From assembly GCA_017886375.1 (NCBI GenBank), contig JAGGNB010000081.1, forward strand, positions 18,764-82,763: DNA of 64,000 nt, in the 5' to 3' direction. Below, piece by piece: positions 39,522 to 48,510 of the stretch. Below the pieces are notes generated by a model. It worked only from the letters and a program-made list of their open reading frames with translations, had not been told where the DNA came from and did not search any database. The stretch comes from Octadecabacter sp. (lineage in GTDB: Bacteria > Pseudomonadota > Alphaproteobacteria > Rhodobacterales > Rhodobacteraceae). How positions within the stretch are numbered: position 1 is the stretch's first letter; the number at the start of each line of letters is the position of its first letter. The position numbers and the translations under genes were made by a program.

Positions 39522-39547
39522 TACGGGGTCAGGTCCGCTCTGGATCA
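39522..39547 (-). promoter_or_regulatory. RpoE-dependent autopromoter TGATCC-N16-CGTA
   Basis: Matches the ECF11 consensus; -10 lies 8 nt before ATG 39513. Confidence 0.8.
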
Positions 39548-39566
39548 CATAATAAGTTGATGGAAT

Positions 39567-39593
39567 TGAAACCAAACGCGCACCCACAGCGTA
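39567..39593 (+). promoter_or_regulatory. Candidate RpoE promoter for the divergent operon (TGAAACC-N16-CGTA)
   Basis: Variant -35, same spacing, upstream of the FAD oxidoreductase. Confidence 0.6.
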
Positions 39594-39660
39594 AACAACA
39601 TAACACGGTAAAAGCTGCGATGCGCAGGCCGAGCAGAGAGTCTGAGGGGACGACGCGTAA

Positions 39661-40959
39661 ATGTCATTTGACCAAAGTAAAGGTGCGCGCAAGCGCATCG
39701 CAGTTATCGGTGCGGGAATTTCAGGCATGGCGGCGGCGCATGAACTCGCCAAAGACCATAGTGTTGTGCTGTTTGAGGCGGAACGCAGACTTGGCGGCCA
39801 TGCCCGAACGCGCTTGGCAGGGAAAAACGGCGATCAGGCAGTCGACACAGGTTTTATTGTGTTCAACTACGCCAATTACCCTCATCTTGCGGCGCTTTTT
39901 GCCGAATTGAAGGTTCCTGTCACTGAATCTGATATGTCGTTTGGTGCGTCCATTGATGGTGGGCGATTTGAATACGGGCTCGCGTCGCTTCAGGCATTAT
40001 TCGCGCAGCCCAAAAACATGGCGAACCCAAGGTTTCTGCGGATGATCCGCGACGTTCTGAAATTTAATAGGGACGGCGTGCGGTTGTCAAAAGAAGAGGG
40101 GCTGACGGTTGGTGGCTTGATCGAACGCCTTGGCGCGGGATCGTATTTTCGGGATTACTATTTGCTGCCGCTGTCCGGTGCGATCTGGTCGACCCCGACC
40201 GAAAAGATCATGGATTTTCCCGCCCGCGCGATGATGACGTTTTTTGAAAACCATGCATTGCTGGGTATTAGTGGTCAGCATCAATGGTTCACTGTTGATG
40301 GTGGCAGTCAAGAATACGTGTCTCGCCTTGGCATATCTATGGTTGAGCGCGGCGTCGTGATCCGGCTTGGCGCGCCCGTGGACGCGGTGCGTCGTGCGAA
40401 CAATGGCGTGACGATCAAAGCCAGCGGTTCGGAGTTGGAGGCATTTGATGAGGTCATATTCGCGACCCATTCCGACGATAGTCTGGCGATGCTTGATGAT
40501 CCGACAAACTTTGAGAAAAGCATGCTTGGGGCGGTCAAATACCAGCCGAACAAAATTGTGCTACATTCGGACGTGTCGATCATGCCCAAACGCAAGTCGG
40601 TTTGGTCGTCTTGGGTGTATAGCGAAGATGCCAACAAACAATCGGACCGTATTGATTTAACCTATTGGATGAATAAGTTGCAGCCGTGGCTTCGGGATGA
40701 TCCACTGTTTGTCACGTTAAACACCACGCGCGAAATTGATCCGGACCTCATATGGGATGAGGTAACGCTGCGCCATCCGGTCTATGATCTGCAAGCATTG
40801 GCAGCGCAAAAATCCGTTGTGACGGTGAACGGGTCAAACCGGACGTGGTTTTGTGGCGCATGGATGAAGAACGGGTTTCACGAAGACGGGATCGGGTCGG
40901 CGATGGACGTCGTGTCCGCAATCCGGACCCGTAATGCAATGAAATTGGCGGCAGAATAA
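39661..40959 (+). CDS. FAD-dependent oxidoreductase (UfaD-like fatty-acyl desaturase)
   Basis: IGAGISG, RLGGHART, VDTGFIVFN, GFHEDG; divergent from rpoE as in Rhodobacter. Confidence 0.85.
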   Translation: MSFDQSKGARKRIAVIGAGISGMAAAHELAKDHSVVLFEAERRLGGHARTRLAGKNGDQAVDTGFIVFNYANYPHLAALFAELKVPVTESDMSFGASIDGGRFEYGLASLQALFAQPKNMANPRFLRMIRDVLKFNRDGVRLSKEEGLTVGGLIERLGAGSYFRDYYLLPLSGAIWSTPTEKIMDFPARAMMTFFENHALLGISGQHQWFTVDGGSQEYVSRLGISMVERGVVIRLGAPVDAVRRANNGVTIKASGSELEAFDEVIFATHSDDSLAMLDDPTNFEKSMLGAVKYQPNKIVLHSDVSIMPKRKSVWSSWVYSEDANKQSDRIDLTYWMNKLQPWLRDDPLFVTLNTTREIDPDLIWDEVTLRHPVYDLQALAAQKSVVTVNGSNRTWFCGAWMKNGFHEDGIGSAMDVVSAIRTRNAMKLAAE

Positions 40960-40962
40960 CCA

Positions 40963-41718
40963 ATGGCACAGGCCCATCACATAGCTGGACAGACCTACCA
41001 CGGTCGGCGGGGCGGCACGAAAAATGCCTTTCGCTATTCCATCGACTATGTGTTGATCGACGCCGAAAACACGCCTGACGTGCCAGCGCTGTTTGCGCGA
41101 AACGGGCGGGGCGTGATGTCGCTGCATGACAGTGATCATGGCGGTGTGCCAAAGTGCGGAACCGGCGCGGCGTGGGTGCGAACGCTTTTGGCGGATCGCG
41201 GGCTTGATGTGGCAGGGCGTATCGATCTGTTGGCCCAGCCGCGGATGCTTGGGCATGTGTTCAATCCGGTGTCGTTCTGGCTTTGCTATGATCGCGACGA
41301 CGTGCTGCGCGTGGTCATTGCCGAAGTGTCCAACACATTTGGCGATCGACATTCCTATTTGTGTCATCACGACGACCTGCGCGAAATCACCAAGGCTGAC
41401 ACGATTACGGCGCAGAAGGTTTTTCACGTTTCACCGTTCCAAGATATCGCTGGCAGCTACACGTTTCGTTTTGATATCCAGCCTGAAAGTATTGGCATCT
41501 GGATCGATTTTTCGGACGGTCCAACGGGTTTGATCGCAACACTGACTGGCGCGCGCGAACCGTTGACGAACGCAAGTATCTTAAGAGCCATCGTGCGCCG
41601 CCCGCTTGGGTCGCGACGCGTGTTGGCCTTGATCCATTGGCAAGCGGTCAAACTGTGGTGGAAGAATGTGCGGTATCGCGCCAGACCCAAGCCGCCGGTG
41701 GATGATGTGTCGCGATGA
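40963..41718 (+). CDS. DUF1365 protein (UfaO-like)
   Basis: FNPVSFW, EVSNTFGDRHSY, KVFHVSPF, IHWQAVKLW. Confidence 0.9.
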   Translation: MAQAHHIAGQTYHGRRGGTKNAFRYSIDYVLIDAENTPDVPALFARNGRGVMSLHDSDHGGVPKCGTGAAWVRTLLADRGLDVAGRIDLLAQPRMLGHVFNPVSFWLCYDRDDVLRVVIAEVSNTFGDRHSYLCHHDDLREITKADTITAQKVFHVSPFQDIAGSYTFRFDIQPESIGIWIDFSDGPTGLIATLTGAREPLTNASILRAIVRRPLGSRRVLALIHWQAVKLWWKNVRYRARPKPPVDDVSR

Positions 41719-42953
41719 CATCGCTAGGTTATGCGGTGTCCCAACGATTTCCAGCCTTCACAGGTTTCGCAGCCGTCCTGTCTGGCGCTGGCCTGCCGAT
41801 CTATATTTACGCACCGAAATATTACGCGGACACCTTTGGCGTCAGTCTTACGGCGCTTGGTGCGATTCTGTTTGGCCTGCGTCTGTTTGATGTGGTGCAG
41901 GACCCTGTTTTGGGGTGGATCGCTGAACGCTTGCGCAATGGCAAAGCGTTTGCTGTCACCGCAGCCGCGGTTTTGCTGGCCGCATCGATGATCGGGTTGT
42001 TTGCGGTGACGCCGCCAATTGATCCGCTTTGGTGGTTTGGCCTGATGATCACGGGGTTGTTCAGCGCGTTCAGTTTCCTCACCATCTGTTTTTACGCCCA
42101 AGGTATCGCCAAGGTCGGTGATCGGGACGGTGGGCATGTGCAACTCGCGGCATGGCGCGAATCGGGTGCGTTATCGGGGATTTGTCTGGCCGCCATCGCG
42201 CCAACAGCGTTGATAGGTTTTACCGATGCGCCCTTTGCAGCCTTTGCATGGGGATTTGCCGCCGCGACGCTTTTGGCGGCGATTTTCATGTGGCGCGAAT
42301 GGACGCCTGCATCGGTGGCACAGGCCCCGACGCCAATTCGTGCGATCCTGTCAGACCGCATTACGCGGCGGTTGCTGTTGCTGGCATTGGTCAACGCCAC
42401 GCCACTTGCCGTGTCATCAACGCTGTTCCTGTTTTATGTCGAATCGCGGCTCGATGCGCCGGGGTGGGAAGGGCCGCTTCTGGTGCTGTTTTTCCTAGCG
42501 GCGGCTATATCATCGCCAGTGTGGTCGGCGCTGGCGCGCAGGTTCGGCGAAAAACCTGTACTGCTTTGCGCGATGGTTCTGGCGGTCGCGGCATTTGGCT
42601 GGACGCTGACGCTCGGTGCGGGGGATGTGACCGCGTTTGCGGTGATTTGCGTCCTGTCTGGTGCAACGATTGGCGCTGATCTGACCCTTCTGCCGGCGAT
42701 GTTTGCCAAACGCATGGCAAAGATTGCCCCCAATGGGGGGCAGGGGTTTGGGCTGTGGTCACTGGTGAGCAAATTCACCCTCGCGTTTGCGGCGGTGCTT
42801 TTGCTGCCGCTGCTGGAAGGCGCCGGTTTTCAGGCTGGACCAGATAATCCGCAGGCTGCGCTGACGATGCTAACCGGGCTTTATGCGCTGGTCCCATCTG
42901 TTTTGAAGATCGTAGCGATCATATTATTAACACTAACGACGTTGGAGGATTAA
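41715..42953 (+). CDS. MFS/GPH-family transporter
   Basis: RLFDVVQDPVLG; about 12 TM; ATGA overlap. Confidence 0.88.
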   Translation: MTSLGYAVSQRFPAFTGFAAVLSGAGLPIYIYAPKYYADTFGVSLTALGAILFGLRLFDVVQDPVLGWIAERLRNGKAFAVTAAAVLLAASMIGLFAVTPPIDPLWWFGLMITGLFSAFSFLTICFYAQGIAKVGDRDGGHVQLAAWRESGALSGICLAAIAPTALIGFTDAPFAAFAWGFAAATLLAAIFMWREWTPASVAQAPTPIRAILSDRITRRLLLLALVNATPLAVSSTLFLFYVESRLDAPGWEGPLLVLFFLAAAISSPVWSALARRFGEKPVLLCAMVLAVAAFGWTLTLGAGDVTAFAVICVLSGATIGADLTLLPAMFAKRMAKIAPNGGQGFGLWSLVSKFTLAFAAVLLLPLLEGAGFQAGPDNPQAALTMLTGLYALVPSVLKIVAIILLTLTTLED

Positions 42954-42956
42954 GAC

Positions 42957-43691
42957 ATGCGCGACTGGCAGGGAAAACGCTACTGGCTTATAGGCGCAAG
43001 CGAAGGCTTGGGCAAAGCGCTGGCCGAAAAGCTGAGCCGCATGGGGGCAGAGGTGATCGTGTCGTCGCGATCCGAAGATGCGCTCTCCAAGGTTGTCGAT
43101 GGATTGCATGGTAAGGCGTCCTATCAAGTGATCGATATTTCTGACGACGTCAGCGTCAAAGAGGCTGCCAAGGCTGTGGGTGAAATCGACGGTGTCGTTC
43201 TTCTGGCAGGGGTCTATTGGCCGTTTGGCGCGCAGGATTGGGACGCGGACAAGGCCGTTGCGATGGCGAATATCAACTTTACCGGTTACATGCGTGTGCT
43301 GGGTCAAGTGGTGCCAGCAATGGTGGCGCGCGACGCGGGTCATATCGTTATCACGTCGTCGCTGACGGGCTTTCGCGGTTTGCCAGGATCGATTGGCTAC
43401 ACCGCGTCAAAAGCCGCCAATATGTCGCTGGCCGAATGTATGTATGCCGATTTGCGCAAAACCGGTGTTGATGTTCAGGTCGCCAACCCCGGCTTTATCA
43501 AGACGCGCCTGACGGACAAAAATGATTTCAAAATGCCGTTCATCATGGAACCCGAAGCCGCGGCGGTGGCGATGTTCGATCATATGAACACCACCAACTT
43601 TAAGACGAGCTTTCCAACGGTCTTTTCGTGGGTCTTCCGCGTTTCGCAGTTCCTACCGGATTGGGCCTACTTCCGCATTTTCGGTAAATAA
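42957..43691 (+). CDS. Short-chain dehydrogenase/reductase
   Basis: GASEGLG, YTASK, NPGFIKT. Confidence 0.92.
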   Translation: MRDWQGKRYWLIGASEGLGKALAEKLSRMGAEVIVSSRSEDALSKVVDGLHGKASYQVIDISDDVSVKEAAKAVGEIDGVVLLAGVYWPFGAQDWDADKAVAMANINFTGYMRVLGQVVPAMVARDAGHIVITSSLTGFRGLPGSIGYTASKAANMSLAECMYADLRKTGVDVQVANPGFIKTRLTDKNDFKMPFIMEPEAAAVAMFDHMNTTNFKTSFPTVFSWVFRVSQFLPDWAYFRIFGK

Positions 43692-43699
43692 AGCGGCGG

Positions 43700-44731
43700 C
43701 TATAGATGCGCCGCAAAAACTTTTTGTGCCCGTCCCCAAACGCCTGTGTCGGGGTGATCAAGCGTCAGCAGGTACGGCAGAATTTGGGATGCGAAATCTT
43801 CGGTGCTTTCGACGGGCAAAAGCGACGGTAGATTATCAATCGCCATCACGTCCAATGGCGGCGCATTGTGAACGCGCAGTGTCGGTACATCCCACGTGGT
43901 CGCGGTATTATAGACCTTTATGGGTGAAAAATCGCTGTCGGGATCACAAGCGATATCGCCGATCACTGACAGTTTGCGGGCGGCGGTTCGCGCATCGGCG
44001 GTCACAAAAACCGGCGCGCCTTTGTGGGCCAAGATGCAGTTTAGCAGGATGTTGTGGGTCAAAACCTCGGGGAATGGACCGCCGTGCGCGGTTTCTGCCA
44101 TGTCCCACCCTGTTGGGGCGATGCCAGCTGCGACGCACAAATCCGTCGCGCCGCTTCCGACACGGCCCAAGGCCCCGATGATCAGTGCGGTAGGAATTGT
44201 GTCGATTGACGCGCGAACATTGCGCGCCATTTCGGTTGCGGATGCAAATGCGCGCACCGTCCCAAGCGTTTTTCCACGTTGTTGCTGGCCCCACGCCATC
44301 ACCGAAAGCGCGGCCCCGGCGTATCCGGCCCAATAGCCAAACGCGGCGACGCGTCGCCCCGTTTCATCCACCAGATATTCCAGATCAAGCAACGTACCAC
44401 CGCCCGCCTTGAACCGATCCAGCAGAATTCGTCCTGATGCCTGCCCCTTAAACGCATGGCCGAACATGATGTGGCGATGACGCAGCGGCGTGCCATCTTC
44501 GGGCAATTCTTTTAGCCCAAGGATGATTGCATCGTCCGGCGCATCGACCCAAGATCCGTTTTCCACGATCTCGCATCCGACGTCGCGATAGCTTGCAGTT
44601 GGAATGCAGCGATCAGCAGCGTCCTCAACCACCACGCGCCAGCCTTTGGCGACCATGTCAGCGGCTCCATTTGGTGTCATGGGCGCGCGCGCTTCGTTCT
44701 CGCGCGGCTCACCGCGCATCCAAATCAACAT
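43700..44731 (-). CDS. Saccharopine dehydrogenase (NAD+, lysine-forming type; Lys1-like)
   Basis: W.R.E....E.R.P.TP, GLKELP, DLEYL, AFGYWAG, GALGRVG, IDNLPSLLP. Confidence 0.88.
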   Translation of the reverse strand: MLIWMRGEPRENEARAPMTPNGAADMVAKGWRVVVEDAADRCIPTASYRDVGCEIVENGSWVDAPDDAIILGLKELPEDGTPLRHRHIMFGHAFKGQASGRILLDRFKAGGGTLLDLEYLVDETGRRVAAFGYWAGYAGAALSVMAWGQQQRGKTLGTVRAFASATEMARNVRASIDTIPTALIIGALGRVGSGATDLCVAAGIAPTGWDMAETAHGGPFPEVLTHNILLNCILAHKGAPVFVTADARTAARKLSVIGDIACDPDSDFSPIKVYNTATTWDVPTLRVHNAPPLDVMAIDNLPSLLPVESTEDFASQILPYLLTLDHPDTGVWGRAQKVFAAHL

Positions 44732-44928
44732 GGGATAGCTCCTGTTGCCAATCGCCCCTCCGTCAGGCTTCATAGAGATGACACAGGCCGAGCCCTAAAG
44801 GCAAACGGACACAAAGGGTTTCCGCGACTGAGTTTTTCGTGATCGCAAAGGCAATTTGCGGCAGTGATATTGAATAGCCGAACAAAACGGGCGTTAGATG
44901 CTGTAAAAGACACCTGAAAGGACGATCC

Positions 44929-46620
44929 ATGTTCCATATTTCCATGCGCCGATTGTTAATGACGACCGCGCTTGTGCTGCCGCTGCCTGTGCTGGCGCAA
45001 GACGCCGCACTTGTTTTAGGCAATGAAAGGTATGAGCAGCTTGATCGTGTAAACCGCGCCGATGATGTGCTGCGTGCTGTTGATCGCCTTGAAGCACTGG
45101 GTTTCGATGTTTTCAGCCGCGCCAACGGGCGGGTTGATGCGCTCAAAGATCTGGCTGCGGCGTTTCAGGTGCAGTCGGATGATGCGGATCGTTTGGTCGT
45201 CGCGCTGTCGGGACATTTCGTAACCGACGGGACCCGCACATGGCTGCTATCGGCAGAATCCACCGAACCTGATTTGTTCACCGTAGACGATTCTGGCCTG
45301 TCGCTGGATAGCGTGTTGCAAATTCTAGCGCTGCGCCCCGGCAAGGCTGTGCTGCTGCTTGGCGCAGCCGATCCCGATGATTTGGACATGGACGACAGTG
45401 GCCTGCGCGCAGGCATTGGCACCATGGAGATTCCGCAAGGCGTCACGTTGATCCGCACATCACCGTCCGTGGCGGCCAGTGTTCTGTCTGGCATTCTCAC
45501 GGAACCCGAGGCTGAGATTGGTCGCAATCTGGCGTCAAATTCGGCGTTATTGTTGGATGGATACGTTCCGGTTGATTGGCAGTTGATGCCCAACGTCGTG
45601 ATTGTCGAACCTACTGTTGCCCCCACAGGGCCGACCGAATCTGATCTGAACGCCGAGGCTGCATTGTGGGATCGCACCACGGACGCTGACACCGTTGAAG
45701 CATACCGTATTTATGTCGCGCGCTACCCAGCTGGTCGGTTTGTCAACGATGCCGAGGCCCAAATCGCCGCGATCTTGGCTGAGCCCAACCGATCAGCGCG
45801 TCTCGCGGAAGAGGCGTTGAGCCTAAGCCGCAGCGCACGACGTGAAATTCAATCCAATCTGACGCTGTTGAACTACAACACGCGCGGTGTTGACGGTATT
45901 TTTGGCAGCGGTTCGCGCGGTGCAATCCTGAACTGGCAGCAGTCTAACGGCTTTCCGCAATCATCCTACCTAACGCGCGACCAGATCAATCTGCTTGACG
46001 CGCAAGCGGCCCGCAATCGGGCGGAACTTGAAGCCGAACAAGCCCGTGCAAGCGCACAAGCCGAAGCACGTGATCGCAGCTATTGGACTGAGACGGGTGG
46101 CGTCGGTGACGAGGCGGGTTATCGCGCTTATCTTGCACGCTTCCCGGAAGGTCTGTTTGCCAATATCGCCAGCGCGAGACTTTCAGAAATTGAGGATCGC
46201 CGTCGGTCGGCAACCGAATCGCAAGATCGTAACGCGTGGTCGGGTGCACAAGACAGGGATACAGTGGCGGGGTATCAAGAATACCTCGCGGTTTATCCGT
46301 CAGGTGTGTTTGCGGCTGAAGCCCGCGCACGGATTGACGATTTGACGGCACCAAGCACCACGGACGCAGAGATCGCCCAATCCCGCGCCGAAGAAGATGC
46401 ATTGCGCCTTTCGGGTGTGCGCGCCCAGCTTTTGGAATTGCGACTGCGCGATATTGGCCATGATCCAGGTCGTTTGGACGGTGTGATTGACGATGACACC
46501 CGAAATGCGATCGCGGCTTATCAAGACTCACAAGGCATCACTGCGACGGGCTATGTGGATCGGGCAACGGCGGTTGGTCTGATGACAGGCGCGCTTAGCA
46601 TCACAATACCAAGGCCCTAG
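44929..46620 (+). CDS. Secreted caspase-like-domain / peptidoglycan-binding protein
   Basis: Signal peptide; ALVLGN..Y and LSGH caspase-fold motifs; two PG-binding domains (VDGIFG..SR.AI..WQ; LDGVI...TR.AI..YQ); start may be ATG 44944. Confidence 0.8.
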   Translation: MFHISMRRLLMTTALVLPLPVLAQDAALVLGNERYEQLDRVNRADDVLRAVDRLEALGFDVFSRANGRVDALKDLAAAFQVQSDDADRLVVALSGHFVTDGTRTWLLSAESTEPDLFTVDDSGLSLDSVLQILALRPGKAVLLLGAADPDDLDMDDSGLRAGIGTMEIPQGVTLIRTSPSVAASVLSGILTEPEAEIGRNLASNSALLLDGYVPVDWQLMPNVVIVEPTVAPTGPTESDLNAEAALWDRTTDADTVEAYRIYVARYPAGRFVNDAEAQIAAILAEPNRSARLAEEALSLSRSARREIQSNLTLLNYNTRGVDGIFGSGSRGAILNWQQSNGFPQSSYLTRDQINLLDAQAARNRAELEAEQARASAQAEARDRSYWTETGGVGDEAGYRAYLARFPEGLFANIASARLSEIEDRRRSATESQDRNAWSGAQDRDTVAGYQEYLAVYPSGVFAAEARARIDDLTAPSTTDAEIAQSRAEEDALRLSGVRAQLLELRLRDIGHDPGRLDGVIDDDTRNAIAAYQDSQGITATGYVDRATAVGLMTGALSITIPRP

Positions 46621-46630
46621 GTTACAACGC

Positions 46631-46671
46631 AAAACCCCACCCCAGCAGTCAGCTGGGGTGGGGTCATTTTT
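46631..46671. terminator. Bidirectional intrinsic terminator
   Basis: aaaaccccaccccagc...gctggggtggggtcattttt. Confidence 0.8.
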
Positions 46672-46685
46672 GAAATTCAGATCGT

Positions 46686-47894
46686 TTAGGGGCGCGCAGG
46701 AACGTAGCGTTCGAACACCATGCGAATAAGGCCCTGCGTCTGACCGTCCAACTGACGCACAGCGACCAGATAGGTCCCGGGCTGCACGCGAACTGTCAGA
46801 AGTGAATCCAGTGATCCGTCGTTGTCATCGTTGTAACCGACCTGACGGCCCAGATCATCATACATCAGTAACACGGGGTCGCCTTGACCTTGGGCGATCG
46901 CTTCGACCAGCACCAGACCGCCAGCGTATATGTCGAACGAATACCAAGTGGCGTCACCACCAACGTTCACATCTTTGCGCAGTCGCGTTTGCAACTCGCC
47001 GAGGGCCTCAACAGGATAGCTGCCATCAAGCGGAGGGCTTGCATCGCCACGCGCGTACAAGTTCAACTGAACTTCCATCGCATCATATGCCTTGGCCGTC
47101 ACGGTGATTGGCAGGCTTTCATCGCCGTACAAATCAACTGCGACACAATATTGGCCTGCTGGAAGCATATCGGCCATGTCGATACGGCTGTTGAGTCCGT
47201 CGAAATCGTCGTTCTCTGCCAGCCAATTCCCTGACGCGTCAAACAGCGTCAGGATTGGATCGGCGGCCTCATTTTCTGCGGTGATTGTTACGGCCGCGGG
47301 CGCATCAAGCTGGAAGGAATACACATTCTGCGCCGCCCATGCGTTGGCAACTGGTTGGCCGAGTGTCAGCGACTGCGCAGCGCTGAGATCGCATTCGCCA
47401 AAGCCACCTTCGTCAGACGGAGCCGCAAATCCAGCAGTCAAAGGTTCCTGATCCATCCGCCCTGCACGTACAAAGCCGGTGATTGGTGACCCGTCAAAGC
47501 TGCGCATGGACACGCAATAGGTGCCGACCGGAAGGAAACTTTCGGCGCGGCTGGCGGCATCGCCGCCGCTGTCATCATCGGACGCCACGATTTCACCGCT
47601 CGCATTGCGCACGTCAAGAACGGTATCGCCGCCCCCGCGCCCTTCGGCTTCGATGCGGTATTCGCCATCTTGAGACACTGAAAAGAGGCCAACAAATTCG
47701 TTGCGCATCAAAACCAATGCCATTTGTTCGATATGCGCTGGCGATGTTGCGATATCAGACGAGGCTTCGTCACCGCCCAACCACTGGCCATTTAGGCCGA
47801 CGCCGCCGCAAAGGTTTGCATCTTGCGCGAGGGCAGGAAGAGCCGCCAGCGCGAATAGGCTGGTAGCAAGGGCTGTTGAAATTGGTCGGATCAT
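46686..47894 (-). CDS. Secreted protein with three PPC/DVUA0089-like repeats
   Basis: Signal peptide ALA-Q; three D..L...G...A.(N/D)DD.....S.....L..G.Y.V repeats. Confidence 0.8.
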   Translation of the reverse strand: MIRPISTALATSLFALAALPALAQDANLCGGVGLNGQWLGGDEASSDIATSPAHIEQMALVLMRNEFVGLFSVSQDGEYRIEAEGRGGGDTVLDVRNASGEIVASDDDSGGDAASRAESFLPVGTYCVSMRSFDGSPITGFVRAGRMDQEPLTAGFAAPSDEGGFGECDLSAAQSLTLGQPVANAWAAQNVYSFQLDAPAAVTITAENEAADPILTLFDASGNWLAENDDFDGLNSRIDMADMLPAGQYCVAVDLYGDESLPITVTAKAYDAMEVQLNLYARGDASPPLDGSYPVEALGELQTRLRKDVNVGGDATWYSFDIYAGGLVLVEAIAQGQGDPVLLMYDDLGRQVGYNDDNDGSLDSLLTVRVQPGTYLVAVRQLDGQTQGLIRMVFERYVPARP

Positions 47895-48009
47895 TGGAAT
47901 TCCTCTCAGTTAATAATTAGCGCAGCGTAAGCGGGCAAACGCGCTGGCGCTAGAGGGGAGTTTGGTATGGCGGTGCAGGGTCAGGGTAACCTTACCTTCG
48001 CATCCCCAA

Positions 48010-48510
48010 TCATGACGGGTCGCGTAGCGGTGCAAGTGCGCGACCTTCAACACCGATGCGGACCCAGAGCATTGCGGCATTTAACACCGTGAAAACCACA
48101 GCGACCCAGACAAGATTCAGAACCATTGGGGCGACAATGATTTCGGCCACCACCAAGGTATAGTTGGGATGTTTGAGAAACCGGAACGGCCCCCGCACGA
48201 CCAAGGGTTCTGGCAATATGATAATCCGTGTCGTCCATCGCGCGCCGAGCGTGCCTAAAATCCAGATGCGCAGCACCTGTAACAAAGCGAAAATGGCAAG
48301 CCAGCCATATGACACAGCTTCGCCATACCCGAAAAACAACAGACAACCGATCCAGATGCTGTGCATCGAAACCATGACGGGGTAATGCCGCGCCCCGACC
48401 TCGTAGGCGCCCCGCGCCAGTAGGCGTTTGGTGTTTACTTTGGCAATGACCAGCTCACTCAGCCGCTGAACAATTATAAACGCGAGAAAAAGGAACGTGG
48501 CAGTTTGCAT
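48010..48510 (-). CDS. Isoprenylcysteine carboxyl methyltransferase family protein (BpsB/SrsB-like)
   Basis: QRLSELVIA, LGARWTTRII, GPFRFLKHPNY, RIGVE; TAATG coupling to the PKS. Confidence 0.92.
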   Translation of the reverse strand: MQTATFLFLAFIIVQRLSELVIAKVNTKRLLARGAYEVGARHYPVMVSMHSIWIGCLLFFGYGEAVSYGWLAIFALLQVLRIWILGTLGARWTTRIIILPEPLVVRGPFRFLKHPNYTLVVAEIIVAPMVLNLVWVAVVFTVLNAAMLWVRIGVEGRALAPLRDPS

